Shown here piece after piece: positions 16,769 to 25,235 of a DNA stretch of 32,000 nucleotides. Within the stretch, counting starts at the first letter, position 1. Every line of letters begins with the position of its first letter. The translations under genes were made by a program, and so were the position numbers. The notes under the pieces were generated by a model. It had not been told where the DNA came from and did no database searches. It saw only the letters and a program-made list of their open reading frames with translations. The stretch comes from Mycolicibacterium smegmatis (GTDB lineage Bacteria > Actinomycetota > Actinomycetes > Mycobacteriales > Mycobacteriaceae): contig NZ_LN831039.1 of assembly GCF_001457595.1 (NCBI RefSeq), positions 5,100,001-5,132,000 on the forward strand, read 5' to 3'.

Positions 16769-17989
16769 ATGACGACCGTCGAGAACGCCAAACGCATCAT
16801 CCCGGGCAGCCCGCAGTGGTCGGCGCTGCTGGCCAAGATCGCCGCGGGCGCCAAGGACCGAGACCTGGGTGACGAGAACCCCTTCGACGAGGTCAATGCG
16901 CTCAAACGCGCCGGCTTCGGCACACTGCGGCTGCCGGAGTCACTGGGCGGTGCGGGATTCACCGTGCCGCAACTGTTCTCCGCGGTCATCGACGTGGCAC
17001 AGGCGGATCCCATTGTCGCCCACATCTTCCGGACCCACTTCTGGTTCACCGAGGAGCGATTGCGCACCTCCTCGGATCCGGTGTCGCAGCGCTGGCTGCG
17101 CGAGATCGCCGACGGCAAGATCTTCGGCAACGCGTTCAGCGAGAAGGGATCGCTGGCCGTCGGCAGCCTGGTGTTCAACACGCGCCTGCTGCCCGACCCG
17201 GCCAACCCGGGCGCGCTGCGTCTTTCCGGCGAGAAGTTCTACAGCACCGGCACCCTGTTCGCCGACTACCTGACCGTGACCGCGACCACCGACCACGATT
17301 CGGTGGCCAACGTGGTGATCCCGGCCGATCGTGAGGGCGTGCGCCTGGTCGACGACTGGGACGGTTTCGGCCAGCGCCGCACCGGGACCGGGACCACCGT
17401 GCTGACCGACGTCGCCGTGTCACCCGACGAGGTGCTCACCGATGCGCCGTACGACGCCGACCCGGCGCCCACCGTGCAGTACGCGTCGCTGCAGTTGTTC
17501 ATCCACGCGGTGGTGGCGGGCATCCTGGCCAATGTGGTCGACGACGGTGTGGCGCTGCTGCGTTCACGCGAGCGGAACTTCAGCCACGCGGTCGCCGAGC
17601 GGCCCACCGACGATCCGCTGCTGCAACGCCAACTCGGCGTACTCGCCAGCACGGCCTACGTGGCGCGTGCGGCCGTGCTGGACGCGGCCGCGGCGATCGG
17701 CGCGGCGACCGACTCCGCGAAAGACGGGGTGCCCGACGCCGACCTGGCCGCCGAGGCGCAACTCAAGGTCGCCAAGGTCAAGGTGCATCTCGACGACATC
17801 GCACCCGAGGCCGCCACGCGGCTGCTGGAACTCGGTGGCGCGAGCGCCGCGAGTCGTCAGCGTGGCCTGGACCGGCACTGGCGCAACATCCGCACCATCA
17901 CGCTGCACAACCCGGTGGCCTACAAGGCCCGCGTGATCGGCCAGAACCTGTTGCACGGCACGCCGGTTCCGGCCAACGCCTACTTCTGA
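16769..17989 (+). CDS. Acyl-CoA-dehydrogenase-fold flavoprotein (SfnB/DszC-like oxidoreductase or monooxygenase), 406 aa
   Basis: MTTVENAK...ALKRAGFGTLRLPESLGGAGF...GEKFYSTG...LDRHWRNIRTITLHNP has the ACAD three-domain layout. It lacks an obvious acyl-CoA catalytic-base context, so the specific function is uncertain. Confidence 0.7.
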   Translation: MTTVENAKRIIPGSPQWSALLAKIAAGAKDRDLGDENPFDEVNALKRAGFGTLRLPESLGGAGFTVPQLFSAVIDVAQADPIVAHIFRTHFWFTEERLRTSSDPVSQRWLREIADGKIFGNAFSEKGSLAVGSLVFNTRLLPDPANPGALRLSGEKFYSTGTLFADYLTVTATTDHDSVANVVIPADREGVRLVDDWDGFGQRRTGTGTTVLTDVAVSPDEVLTDAPYDADPAPTVQYASLQLFIHAVVAGILANVVDDGVALLRSRERNFSHAVAERPTDDPLLQRQLGVLASTAYVARAAVLDAAAAIGAATDSAKDGVPDADLAAEAQLKVAKVKVHLDDIAPEAATRLLELGGASAASRQRGLDRHWRNIRTITLHNPVAYKARVIGQNLLHGTPVPANAYF

Positions 17990-18885
17990 GGTTCGCGCAC
18001 CGCGGAGCGCACACAGTCACGCAGCCAGCGGTGCGCTCCGTCGGCGTCGAAGCGGGGATGCCACGCCATGCCGATCACGAGCGGCGGCAGCTCGAGCGGG
18101 ATCGTGAAGGTCTGCAGGGCGAACGTGGCGATGGCCTGCGCGCCGATACCCGCGGGCAGCATGCCGACCAGATCGCTGTTCTGGATCAGGAACAGACCAC
18201 CGGCCGGGCTGGGCGCACACGCCACGACGCGTCTGCGCAACCCGTGTTCGGCCAGCAGGTCGTCCACCGGGCCGCGCAGCCGGCCGCGGCGCGAGAACAC
18301 CACGTGCTCGGCATCGGCGAAGCGCTTGAGTGTGATCCGCTTGCCGGTCAGTTCGTGGCCGGCCCGCGCGACGCCCACCCAGTTCTCCTCGACGAGCGGT
18401 TCGATGATGGTCTCCGGCTCGGTGCGCCGAACCTGGCCGATCTCGATGTCCACCGATCCGTCGCGCAGCGAGTGGGTGTCCTCGTGGCTCTCGCCCACGA
18501 ATTTGAGCGTGACGTTGGGTGCTTCGGCGTGGACACGCGCCAGCAGACGGGGCCCACAGTGGCTGAACAGACCGTCGCCGATCTGAACCGAGAAGGTGCG
18601 CCGCAGGTTCGGCAGATCCGGCACCTCCGGCGGCGTGAACACCGCCCTGGCCTGCTGCACGACGTCGTGCACACGGCCCTGTAGCGCCAGCGCCCTCGGT
18701 GTCGGCACCATCTCCCGGCCCGCACGCACCAGCACAGGATCGTCCAGCACCCGCCGCAGCCGCGCGAGGGTGCGGCTCATCGCCGGGGCGGACGTGTGCA
18801 GCCGCTCGGCCGCCCCACCGACGCTGCGCTCATCGAGCAGGGCGTCGAGTGCGAGCAGCAGGTTGAGGTCCAGCTGAGGGTCCAC
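17980..18885 (-). CDS. LysR-family transcriptional regulator
   Basis: The N-terminal wHTH is LNLLLALDALLDERSVGGAAERLHTSAPAMSRTLARLR. It is followed by a substrate-binding domain. GTG start at 18885. Confidence 0.9.
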   Translation of the reverse strand: MDPQLDLNLLLALDALLDERSVGGAAERLHTSAPAMSRTLARLRRVLDDPVLVRAGREMVPTPRALALQGRVHDVVQQARAVFTPPEVPDLPNLRRTFSVQIGDGLFSHCGPRLLARVHAEAPNVTLKFVGESHEDTHSLRDGSVDIEIGQVRRTEPETIIEPLVEENWVGVARAGHELTGKRITLKRFADAEHVVFSRRGRLRGPVDDLLAEHGLRRRVVACAPSPAGGLFLIQNSDLVGMLPAGIGAQAIATFALQTFTIPLELPPLVIGMAWHPRFDADGAHRWLRDCVRSAVREPQK

Positions 18886-18899
18886 ACTGATTCCATTCC

Positions 18900-18915
18900 T
18901 AATAACTATCGATTA
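18900..18915. promoter_or_regulatory. Candidate LysR box (TAAT-N8-ATTA, contains T-N11-A) in the AT-rich divergent region
   Basis: TAATAACTATCGATTA lies in the 77-bp region between the LysR gene and the methyltransferase gene. This is the most AT-rich stretch of the window. Confidence 0.35.
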
Positions 18916-18962
18916 CCAAACTTGCACTGGAACGCAACTGGCTGTGAGCATAGCGTGAAGTC

Positions 18963-19640
18963 ATGACGACCACACTGACTTCCGATCCGGTTTCCACTGT
19001 GCTGCACGGCCTTCTGCGCGCCGAACAGGACGGCGATGCGGCAGCGTTCGCCGAAGTGGGTGAATTCCCCCTCGACGCAGCTCCGGCCGAGCGGGCCGAA
19101 CTGCTCAAGAACGTGTACATGTCGGTCTCACAGACCGGCGGCGAACTGCTGTACCTGCTCGCCCGCGCCACCGGCGCACGCACCGTCGTGGAGTACGGCA
19201 CGTCGTTCGGGGTATCGACGATCTACCTGGCGAGCGCGGTGCGCGACAACGGTGGCGGCACCGTGATCACGACCGAACTGCAACCCGGCAAAGCCGCTGC
19301 GGCACAACACAGTTTTGACGCCGCCGGCCTCGGCGACCTGATCGACCTGCGCATCGGCGACGCGAGGGACACCCTGGCACAGGTGCCGCGACCGGTGGAC
19401 CTGGTGCTCCTCGACGGCTGGCCGGACCTGGCGCTGCCAGTGCTCGAGGTTCTCGAACCACACCTGCGTGCGGGCACGCTGATCCTGGTGGACGACGTCA
19501 ACCTCGACTTCGGCGGCCGCGATCTGCACGGCGCACTGCTCGACCATCTGGCGACATGCGGGCACTACCGGACGCTGACACTGCCGATCGGTGACGGCAT
19601 CGAGGCGTGCGTGCGCCTCACCGACGGCGCGAAAGGCTAA
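18963..19640 (+). CDS. Class I SAM-dependent O-methyltransferase (family 3, CCoAOMT-like)
   Basis: It has VVEYGTSFGVSTIYLA (a motif I variant), ELQPGKAAAA, IGDARDTL and DLVLLDGW. Confidence 0.8.
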   Translation: MTTTLTSDPVSTVLHGLLRAEQDGDAAAFAEVGEFPLDAAPAERAELLKNVYMSVSQTGGELLYLLARATGARTVVEYGTSFGVSTIYLASAVRDNGGGTVITTELQPGKAAAAQHSFDAAGLGDLIDLRIGDARDTLAQVPRPVDLVLLDGWPDLALPVLEVLEPHLRAGTLILVDDVNLDFGGRDLHGALLDHLATCGHYRTLTLPIGDGIEACVRLTDGAKG

Positions 19641-22270
19641 CCGGTCAAGGCGATGTGGTGGGCGCCGTGCACGCTGGCGTACCGGTCCGGGCTGCAGGTC
19701 AGCACGATCACCTGCCCGTCACCACCCACCGCATCGAACACCGCACCCATCTTGGTCAACCGGTCGGCGTCGGTGAAGCCCAGCGCATCGTCGATGATCA
19801 CCGGCACGGTGTCCTCCTTGGCCACCAGAGAGGCCCCGGCCAGACGCGCGACGATCGCGAGTTGTTCTTTGGCACCGCCCGACAGCGACTCGTACGGCAC
19901 GGTGCGGCCCGACACCGTGCGCGTCGAGATGCGCAGCTTGCTGTCGACGTCGACCTCGAAGTCCTCGCCGAACACCAGGCGACCCAGGCGCTGCACCTCG
20001 TTGCGGAACGGGTCGACGTAGCGCTGACGCGTGGCGTCACGGTGCCGCGTCATCACCGACCGCAGCAGTTCGGCCGCGCGGGCACGCCGGTGCACCCGCA
20101 GGTACTCGGCGTTGGCGTGTTCGCGTTCGGTCTCGGCCTCGTCGAGTTGCCCCTTGCGCCCCTCGGTGCCGTACACCTTGAGTTGCGCGGACACCTCACG
20201 CAGGCCCTCCGTGGCAGCGTCGTGGCGGGTTTGCACACTCTGGGCGTGGCGCTGGGCGTCGGCGAGTTCGGCGAGCACCGAATCCGGTGCGCTGCGGTCC
20301 AATTCGTCGCACAGGGTCGCCACGCGCGCCGCGGTGGCCTTGGCCTGCTCGTCGTCGGCCTGCACCTTGAGCGCCAGCGCCTCGTCGGGAGTGCCGGCAC
20401 GCTGCGCCTCGAGGCGCGCACTGCACGTGGTCAACTCGGTCTGCGCGGCGGCGAGCTTCTCACGCAGCACACTCAGGCGCGTCGACTTCTCGGTGTCGCG
20501 CGCCGCGGCCACGGCCACGGCCTTGCGTGCGGTCTCGCAGTGTGCGACCGCTTCGCGGTGCGCGGCCACGTCCGCCGCGAGTTGGGCTCTGGCAGTATCG
20601 ATGTCGGCGGGACCCTCGACATCGAACAGTCCGCCGTCGTCGGTTTGGCCGGCACGCAGCGCGGCGAGGCGGTCGCGCAACCGCGCGATGTCGTCGTCAC
20701 CGACCAGCGCGTCGAGCGTCGCGCGCAACCGGTCACGGCTGCCGAGCAGTTCGCGCCTGCGCGCATCGAGTGCGCGGGCCGCGTCCACGCTCTCGGCGCC
20801 CACGGCCTGCAGCGCCGCGGTGAGCACGGCCTGCGCGTCGTCGAGGCGGGCCTGGGTCTCGGCCGCGGGCGTTCCCGGCACGACGCGCACGCTCAGCACA
20901 CCGGGCACGTCGATCTCGGTGCGGGTGGTGGTGCTGACCGACCACTCGGCGCCTGCCTGCAGCGCGACGGTGTCGTCGTCCACGCGAACGTCGAGACCGT
21001 TCTGGGCGACCAGTTCGATTCGCGCCGAGGCGAGTTCGGCCTGCCCGGCAGCGCGCTCGACCGCCAGCGCCGCCTTCTCGATGGCACGCATCGCGGTGTC
21101 GTCGAGCGTGATGGTCTTCAGCTCGCCGGTGACGGCCTGCAGCTCGCGCGTCGCGGTGTCGATCTTGGCCAGGCGCAGGTCGAGGCGGTCGGCCTCGTCG
21201 CGGTCGGACAGTCGCTCGACGGCCGCACGTGCCGCATCGACGCGGGCCTCGTGGTCGGCGACCGCGGCCTTGGCGCGCTCGGCCTCTTCCTCGGCGGCAG
21301 TGACCACCTCACGCGCGGTCTCGGCCTCCTCGGCAGCGGTGACCAGTGCGGCCTGTAACTCGGTGATGGTGGCGGCACGCTCATCGATCTCGGCGCGCAT
21401 GCGGCGGCGCTCGGTGAGCGCGGCGACCGACGCCGCGTGCGTGACGTGGGCGGCCTCGGCGACCACCTGGGCCTCTTTGAGCTGTTGGCGCAGCGCGTCC
21501 ACCGCATCGGCCGCGGTGCGCGCGGCGGTCAGCCGCTGCGTGGCCTGCTCGCACTCACCTGCGAGCCGCGACACCTCGGCGCTCAACTCCTGGTGCCGGT
21601 GCACCGCGTCGTCGACCTCGGCGACCGCGGCCGCGCACCGCGCCACCTCTGCGTCGGCGGCCTGCAGGCGTTTGACCGCCGCGGCCCACTCCCCCGTCGG
21701 CCTGCCCGTCGCGGTGAAGAACCGCTGATACTCGCCCTCGATGCGCTCGATGAGCAGCGGCTCGTCACCTGAGAGCGAAACCGCCTCGCCCGCAGCGACA
21801 TCGAGCGCCCGTGCGAGCGCGTCGGAACCCGACAGGTCGACCGGCGCGGTGGAGGAGGCCTGCAGCACACGCTGCGCCTGCCACAGATCGGTGTCGACGG
21901 TCTCGGCGAGCATCGCGAGCACGCGCTCGTGTGCCTCGTCACCGCTGAGCTGCTCACGCACCGGCGACAGGATGGTCAGCTGCGTCTCGGCGCGCTTGTG
22001 GAACCGCTTGCGGTACAGGAAACGATATGGGCCCGTGGAGATCTCGGCGGACACCTCGGCGCCCACATCGGCGTGCGTGGGCTTGACCTGCTTGACCTCC
22101 TTCTTCGACGACCGGTCCTTGGCCTCGATCAGCAGGTCCAGCGCCTCGATCATCGACGACTTGCCGATCTCGTTGGCGCCGCTGACCACCACCACACCGT
22201 GATCGGGAAACTCGATCTCGCGGTGGGTGATCCCGCGGTAGTTGGTCAGGACGAGACGATGCAGTTTCAC
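19637..22270 (-). CDS. SbcC/Rad50-like SMC-type ATPase with long coiled coil (877 aa; Rv1278-like)
   Basis: The GTG at 22270 overlaps the upstream stop (GTGA). Walker A is GANEIGKSS. About 650 aa are Ala/Glu/Arg-rich heptad-like sequence. The signature LSGGAKEQLAIVARLA and Walker B VPVIIDDALGFTD sit at the C-terminus. The 1131-aa track ORF is an artefactual 5' extension through the SbcD-like gene. Confidence 0.88.
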   Translation of the reverse strand: MKLHRLVLTNYRGITHREIEFPDHGVVVVSGANEIGKSSMIEALDLLIEAKDRSSKKEVKQVKPTHADVGAEVSAEISTGPYRFLYRKRFHKRAETQLTILSPVREQLSGDEAHERVLAMLAETVDTDLWQAQRVLQASSTAPVDLSGSDALARALDVAAGEAVSLSGDEPLLIERIEGEYQRFFTATGRPTGEWAAAVKRLQAADAEVARCAAAVAEVDDAVHRHQELSAEVSRLAGECEQATQRLTAARTAADAVDALRQQLKEAQVVAEAAHVTHAASVAALTERRRMRAEIDERAATITELQAALVTAAEEAETAREVVTAAEEEAERAKAAVADHEARVDAARAAVERLSDRDEADRLDLRLAKIDTATRELQAVTGELKTITLDDTAMRAIEKAALAVERAAGQAELASARIELVAQNGLDVRVDDDTVALQAGAEWSVSTTTRTEIDVPGVLSVRVVPGTPAAETQARLDDAQAVLTAALQAVGAESVDAARALDARRRELLGSRDRLRATLDALVGDDDIARLRDRLAALRAGQTDDGGLFDVEGPADIDTARAQLAADVAAHREAVAHCETARKAVAVAAARDTEKSTRLSVLREKLAAAQTELTTCSARLEAQRAGTPDEALALKVQADDEQAKATAARVATLCDELDRSAPDSVLAELADAQRHAQSVQTRHDAATEGLREVSAQLKVYGTEGRKGQLDEAETEREHANAEYLRVHRRARAAELLRSVMTRHRDATRQRYVDPFRNEVQRLGRLVFGEDFEVDVDSKLRISTRTVSGRTVPYESLSGGAKEQLAIVARLAGASLVAKEDTVPVIIDDALGFTDADRLTKMGAVFDAVGGDGQVIVLTCSPDRYASVHGAHHIALTG

Positions 22271-23421
22271 GCGGCCCCCTTGTCGCGGTCGACCAGACGC
22301 AGCAACAACCCCAGCGCGGCACGCGCATCCTCGGCCTCGGCGGCCTCCGAGCGTGCCGTGGCCACGAGCTCGTCGACTGCGGCGGCGGCGAATCCGCCGA
22401 TCCCCAGGTCGTCGAACTCCCCGTCGGCCGGGATGACCGCGATGTCGGTGTGCCGCTCCCACGTGGTGAGCGCGGCGAAAAGCCGGGCGTAGCGGTCCAG
22501 GCACTCGTCGAGCTTGGCCTTGTCGGTCACGGTCAGTGAGCCCGTCAGGGCCAGGCGCACCACGGTGCGTTCCTTGTCGTCCAGCAGGTCCAGGTTGAGG
22601 TCCAGGTCGGCGATGTCGCGGTCGGTGTCGACCGAACGGCGCAGCGTCACGAACCGCCAGCGCCCCACCTTCTCGGACTCCACGCGCACCGCACGGCGCG
22701 CGTCGTTCTCGTCGATGTCGACCACCAGGACGTGACCGGGATCGGATTCGATGTCGTCGTAGTTGGTGACCTCGGGCGAGCCCGAGTACCACACCCGCCC
22801 GCTGCTGCCGACCTCGGTGCGGGAGTGCTTGTCCCCCAACGCCACGTAGTGCACCGCGCCGCGCGCCAGCGCGTCCTCGACGGCGGCCATGCGGATCAGC
22901 GACGGCTTGTTCTTGTCGGGATCGAGGATGTCCACGCCCCCATGCCCCACCAGCACGCGCGTGACGCCGTCGGCGGGCAGATCGGCCAGCACGTCGCCGA
23001 TGAGGTCGGAGGTGGGCGCCTTGGACCGCCACGGCGCCGCGACGATCTGCACGCCCGGGCGGACCTCGTGCACACCCGCGCGGTCGAGCACGACGACGTT
23101 GTCGGGGCGTTCGGCGACGAACAACGCGCTGGTGTACACCGACGACGCGTCGAGCGGATCGTGGTTGCCGGGCAGCAGGTACACCGGTACGCCGATGGCG
23201 CGCATGGCCTCAAGCGACTGGCTGACATCGCGCGGCGCGAGTTGGTTGTGCTCGAACACGTCACCGGACACCACCACGAACTCGGCACCCGTGCGCTTCG
23301 CGATCTCGCCGAGGCGCGCGACGGCCTCACGGCGCGAGGCCGAATACCGTGGCTGCGCCTCACCGTTGAGGAAGTGACGGGTCATCCCGAGCTGCCAGTC
23401 GGCGGTGTGCAGAAAACGCAT
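22267..23421 (-). CDS. SbcD/Mre11-like metallophosphoesterase nuclease (384 aa; Rv1277-like)
   Basis: Calcineurin-fold motifs are present: FLHTADWQLG, VVVSGDVFE, LLPGNHD, LVGHGGV. AAGGAG lies upstream of the ATG at 23421. Confidence 0.88.
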   Translation of the reverse strand: MRFLHTADWQLGMTRHFLNGEAQPRYSASRREAVARLGEIAKRTGAEFVVVSGDVFEHNQLAPRDVSQSLEAMRAIGVPVYLLPGNHDPLDASSVYTSALFVAERPDNVVVLDRAGVHEVRPGVQIVAAPWRSKAPTSDLIGDVLADLPADGVTRVLVGHGGVDILDPDKNKPSLIRMAAVEDALARGAVHYVALGDKHSRTEVGSSGRVWYSGSPEVTNYDDIESDPGHVLVVDIDENDARRAVRVESEKVGRWRFVTLRRSVDTDRDIADLDLNLDLLDDKERTVVRLALTGSLTVTDKAKLDECLDRYARLFAALTTWERHTDIAVIPADGEFDDLGIGGFAAAAVDELVATARSEAAEAEDARAALGLLLRLVDRDKGAA

Positions 23422-23475
23422 CGGCCCCGTCCCCTCTCCTTGCTTGTCGATCGGGCTTCTCGATCAGGCAAGGCG

Positions 23476-23498
23476 AGTGTATGGCCGGGGACCGACAA
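23476..23498 (-). promoter_or_regulatory. RecA-NDp (PafBC-type) DNA-damage promoter motif upstream of the SbcD-like gene
   Basis: The minus strand reads TTGTCGGTC-CCCGGCCA-TACACT. The published consensus is tTGTCRgtg-N8-TAnnnT: 8 of 9 upstream positions match, the spacer is exactly 8 nt, and the -10 fits TAnnnT. It ends 54 nt before the ATG. Confidence 0.6.
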
Positions 23499-23535
23499 GT
23501 ACCGGGACCTGCGTCGGCATGGCATCGTGATCCCC

Positions 23536-24036
23536 ATGGCAACCCTGCTGCTGATGCGTCACGCCAAGTCGGACTATCCCGACGGTGTCGTCGACCATGA
23601 GCGTCCCCTCGCACCACGCGGTGTCCGGGAGGCGGCGCTGGCCGGCGACTGGATCCGTGCCAACGCACCGGGAATCGACGCGGTGCTGTGCTCGACGGCC
23701 ACCAGGACGCGCCAGACACTGGCGCGCACGGGAATCGACGCGCCCACCGAATACGTCGAGAAGATCTACGACGCGGTGCCGGGAACGGTGATCGGCGAGA
23801 TCAACGACGTGGTGTCACGCTTCGGCACGCAACCCGACACGGTGCTGGTGGTCGGGCACGAGCCCGCGATGTCGTCGGTCGCGCTCGGCCTCGACGACGG
23901 TTCGAACGTCGCGGTGGCCGAGGAGATCTCGCAGAAGTTCCCCACGTCGGCGATCGCGGTGCTGCGGTTCGACGGGCCGTGGGACGAATTGGCGCTGGGC
24001 GGCGCGCAACTCGTGACCTTCCACGTACCCCGCTAG
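23536..24036 (+). CDS. Histidine-phosphatase superfamily protein, SixA-like (166 aa; Rv1276c-like)
   Basis: LLLMRHAKS is the RHG-type catalytic motif. The sequence also has PLAPRG and VVGHEP. Confidence 0.85.
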   Translation: MATLLLMRHAKSDYPDGVVDHERPLAPRGVREAALAGDWIRANAPGIDAVLCSTATRTRQTLARTGIDAPTEYVEKIYDAVPGTVIGEINDVVSRFGTQPDTVLVVGHEPAMSSVALGLDDGSNVAVAEEISQKFPTSAIAVLRFDGPWDELALGGAQLVTFHVPR

Positions 24037-24593
24037 CTGTTGGTCGCGAGCGTGAGCTCCATGAGCTTGATGGCCATGCCGCACGCGTCGAGACCCGGCG
24101 CCTGCGGGTTGACCCACCAGCCGACCACGCCCGCGGCGTCGCTGGCCACTCCGCACGCGCCGTTGAGGCCGTTGGGTTTCATGACGATCGAATCGACGCC
24201 CGCGATGCGGCGCGACTCGATGGCGTACTGCAGCTGCTGGGCGACCTGACGCTCGTTGTCCAGGCTGCCCTGCTCGTACCAGAAGCGGGTGATGTCCACC
24301 AGGCCCGCGGGATTCGCGGCCTGCCACCGGCACACCGCGCCCACGAACGTGCTCTGGATGTCGAGCGGATCGGCACCGACCGTCTCGGCCAGGATGTCCT
24401 CGGTGAGCACCTCGCACTCCTTGAGCAGGTTGGGGTACTGCCGCTCGGAGTTGTTGTTGCTCGGCCCGCCGCCGGAGCCCTCCTTGGCGGCGGTTCCCTC
24501 GATCGTGCGGCTGCAGCCGGTCAACCCGGCGAGCACCGCCAGGCCGGTGGCGAGCGCAGCGACACTTCTGCGCAGCGTGGTTGGGCGACTCAT
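24033..24593 (-). CDS. lprC: Lipoprotein LprC-like (DUF3558-type, 186 aa)
   Basis: The signal peptide has the lipobox LAGLTGC. Conserved Cys pairs are present. The ATG overlaps the lprB stop (ATGA). Synteny matches Rv1275. Confidence 0.75.
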   Translation of the reverse strand: MSRPTTLRRSVAALATGLAVLAGLTGCSRTIEGTAAKEGSGGGPSNNNSERQYPNLLKECEVLTEDILAETVGADPLDIQSTFVGAVCRWQAANPAGLVDITRFWYEQGSLDNERQVAQQLQYAIESRRIAGVDSIVMKPNGLNGACGVASDAAGVVGWWVNPQAPGLDACGMAIKLMELTLATNS

Positions 24594-25171
24594 TTGGAAT
24601 TCACAATCGACTGGCGGGTGAGCTCCTTGGCCACCTCACACGGATCCGGGAAAGGCTTCTGGCTGTAGCTGACCGACCATTCGATGAAGTCGTCGTCGAA
24701 CTGGATGCCGATCTCGCACAGCGTGACGTCACCGGGCTTCAGCGGATCCTCGCCGACCGCGATGAAACCGCCGTGCCCCTCGATGTTGATGTCCTCGACG
24801 CTGGCGCGGGACAGTTCCTCGGTCTTGCGCTCACGGCCGATCGGGCTGCCCCGGAACCACGTGAACGAGAAGTGCGGGCCCAGGATGCTGCCACCTTGGA
24901 GCCACTGGCAGCCCGACGAGTTGGTGGCAGTGTTGACCAGTCCGGGCACCTGCGTCAGCTCGGACACGGTCTGGTCGCTGATGCCGCCGCACTGCGGGAA
25001 GAACGGGCCGTGCGTGGGTGCGCCTGCGCTCGGCGATTCGCTCTGCGGTACCTCGGGGGATGCGGGTTCGTCGGTGGAGCACGCGGCGAACACCGGAACC
25101 ATTGCGGCCGCCAGAACCGCCAACGTTCTGGCGCTGCGGGCTTTCGGCGAAGCGGCCGTACGGACTGTCAC
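24590..25171 (-). CDS. lprB: Lipoprotein LprB-like (about 193 aa)
   Basis: VTVRTAASPKARSARTLAVLAAAMVPVFAAC is a signal peptide with a lipobox. The protein is paralogous in layout to LprC. The start is uncertain: GTG at 25171 or at 25180. The 416-aa track ORF is an artefactual extension. Confidence 0.7.
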   Translation of the reverse strand: MTVRTAASPKARSARTLAVLAAAMVPVFAACSTDEPASPEVPQSESPSAGAPTHGPFFPQCGGISDQTVSELTQVPGLVNTATNSSGCQWLQGGSILGPHFSFTWFRGSPIGRERKTEELSRASVEDINIEGHGGFIAVGEDPLKPGDVTLCEIGIQFDDDFIEWSVSYSQKPFPDPCEVAKELTRQSIVNSK

Positions 25172-25235
25172 GCCATGCACTGTAGCGGCAGCCGTGGGCA
25201 CCAACCACCGACAGGCCGATTGACCAGCACTTTCC

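Noticed and set aside
22271-23032. A 5' extension of the SbcC-like ORF to 1131 aa in the ORF track.
   Set aside because: The extension is Arg/Gly-rich nonsense running out of frame through the well-supported SbcD-like gene. The GTG at 22270 gives the canonical VKLHRLVLTNYRG...GANEIGKS N-terminus and a GTGA coupling overlap.
19637-23421. The SbcD/SbcC-like pair as a mobile anti-phage defence island (Lamassu-, Wadjet- or Gabija-like).
   Set aside because: There are no flanking integrase, transposase or tRNA genes and no compositional break. The gene order matches the core Rv1276c-Rv1278 neighbourhood, and the upstream motif is a DNA-damage promoter. A housekeeping repair role fits better, although the function is unproven.
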